This document shows positions 63,478 through 64,000 of a stretch of 64,000 nt of DNA, one piece after another. The stretch lies in assembly GCA_051294375.1 (NCBI GenBank), contig CM119265.1, positions 11,719,818-11,783,817 on the forward strand, written 5' to 3'. The notes under the pieces are model-generated. The model saw only the letters and a list, made by a program, of their open reading frames with translations. It was not told the origin of the DNA and made no database searches. The position numbers and the translations under genes are program-made. This DNA is from Paraspadella gotoi. Its lineage: Eukaryota; Animalia; Chaetognatha. Each line of letters begins with the position of its first letter. Position 1 is the first letter of the stretch.

Positions 63478-64000
63478 AAAATCTTAAAAGCATAAGGATC
63501 GTCGCAATAGCATAAGAAAAATCTGGATTGACGACAAATTTTGATACTAAAAAAAATAAAATTTGAGAAAAGAAAATTAAATTATAAAAAAAGAAAAATT
63601 ATATTTTGCGATTGTCAATAAAAAAAAATAATAAAGTACGGAAGAAAATTAAAGTTACAGTTTCTGAAAAATAGAAAAATGATAACATGCACAAATGCGA
63701 TGCCTAATTTTACGAGTTCAATCCTAATTCAATTTTTTTTTAATAAAAACGCAGAGAGAGAGAGAGAAAAAGAAAGAAATCAAAAGGCAGAAGCAGTAGG
63801 AGAAAAGAGAGAAAAAGAGAGAGCCCCTGCAGAGCCAGCTGCAGACTCAGAAGGCAGCAGCAGAAGCAGAAGGAAAAAAGAGAGAAAAAGAAAGAGCCCC
63901 TGCAGACTCGTTTTTCCCCCCGATGAATCAGCACTGGGGAAAAGAGAGAGAGAGAAAGATATATAATATATATAATTAAAAGAGAAAAGAGAGAAAGAAA
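63478..64000. repeat. Dispersed repeat; uninterrupted version of the sequence split by Helentron-like insertions in LTV1 intron 3
   Basis: Matches 8735-9175, 11790-11872 and 12970-13040 in order. Confidence 0.75.

Overview
Eukaryotic (most likely animal) genomic DNA: AT-rich, repeat-dense, with GC-rich exons and four assembly gaps (N runs at 18577-18586, 38545-38569, 41985-42869, 54682-54706). Four intron-containing genes were reconstructed by hand, all on the minus strand: MBLAC2-like metallo-beta-lactamase (6 exons found, 50407-45941; first exon not found), PRPS ribose-phosphate pyrophosphokinase (7 exons, 31817-15210, 318 aa), LTV1 ribosome biogenesis factor (6 exons, 14590-7376, 562 aa) and an unrecognised gene (at least 3 exons, 7083-4764). 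Short introns are 53-99 nt. The large introns and intergenic DNA are stacks of nested non-autonomous transposons: a DINE-1/Helentron-like family, hAT-like elements with 8-bp TSDs, and TTAA-targeting Kolobok-like MITEs. There is also a truncated CRE-like reverse transcriptase, minisatellites and a 3.1-kb near-identical duplication across a gap. The most interesting signals are (1) a dispersed repeat family carrying minimal type I hammerhead ribozyme motifs (Penelope/retrozyme-like), (2) a ~6-kb decayed coding block with a DEDDy-type 3'-5' exonuclease motif inside PRPS intron 2, (3) two GC-AG introns, (4) tight co-oriented gene spacing compatible with an operon or trans-splicing, and (5) captured tRNA-Leu 3' ends with CCA. 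All calls come from reading the sequence and recalled family motifs; no searches were run.
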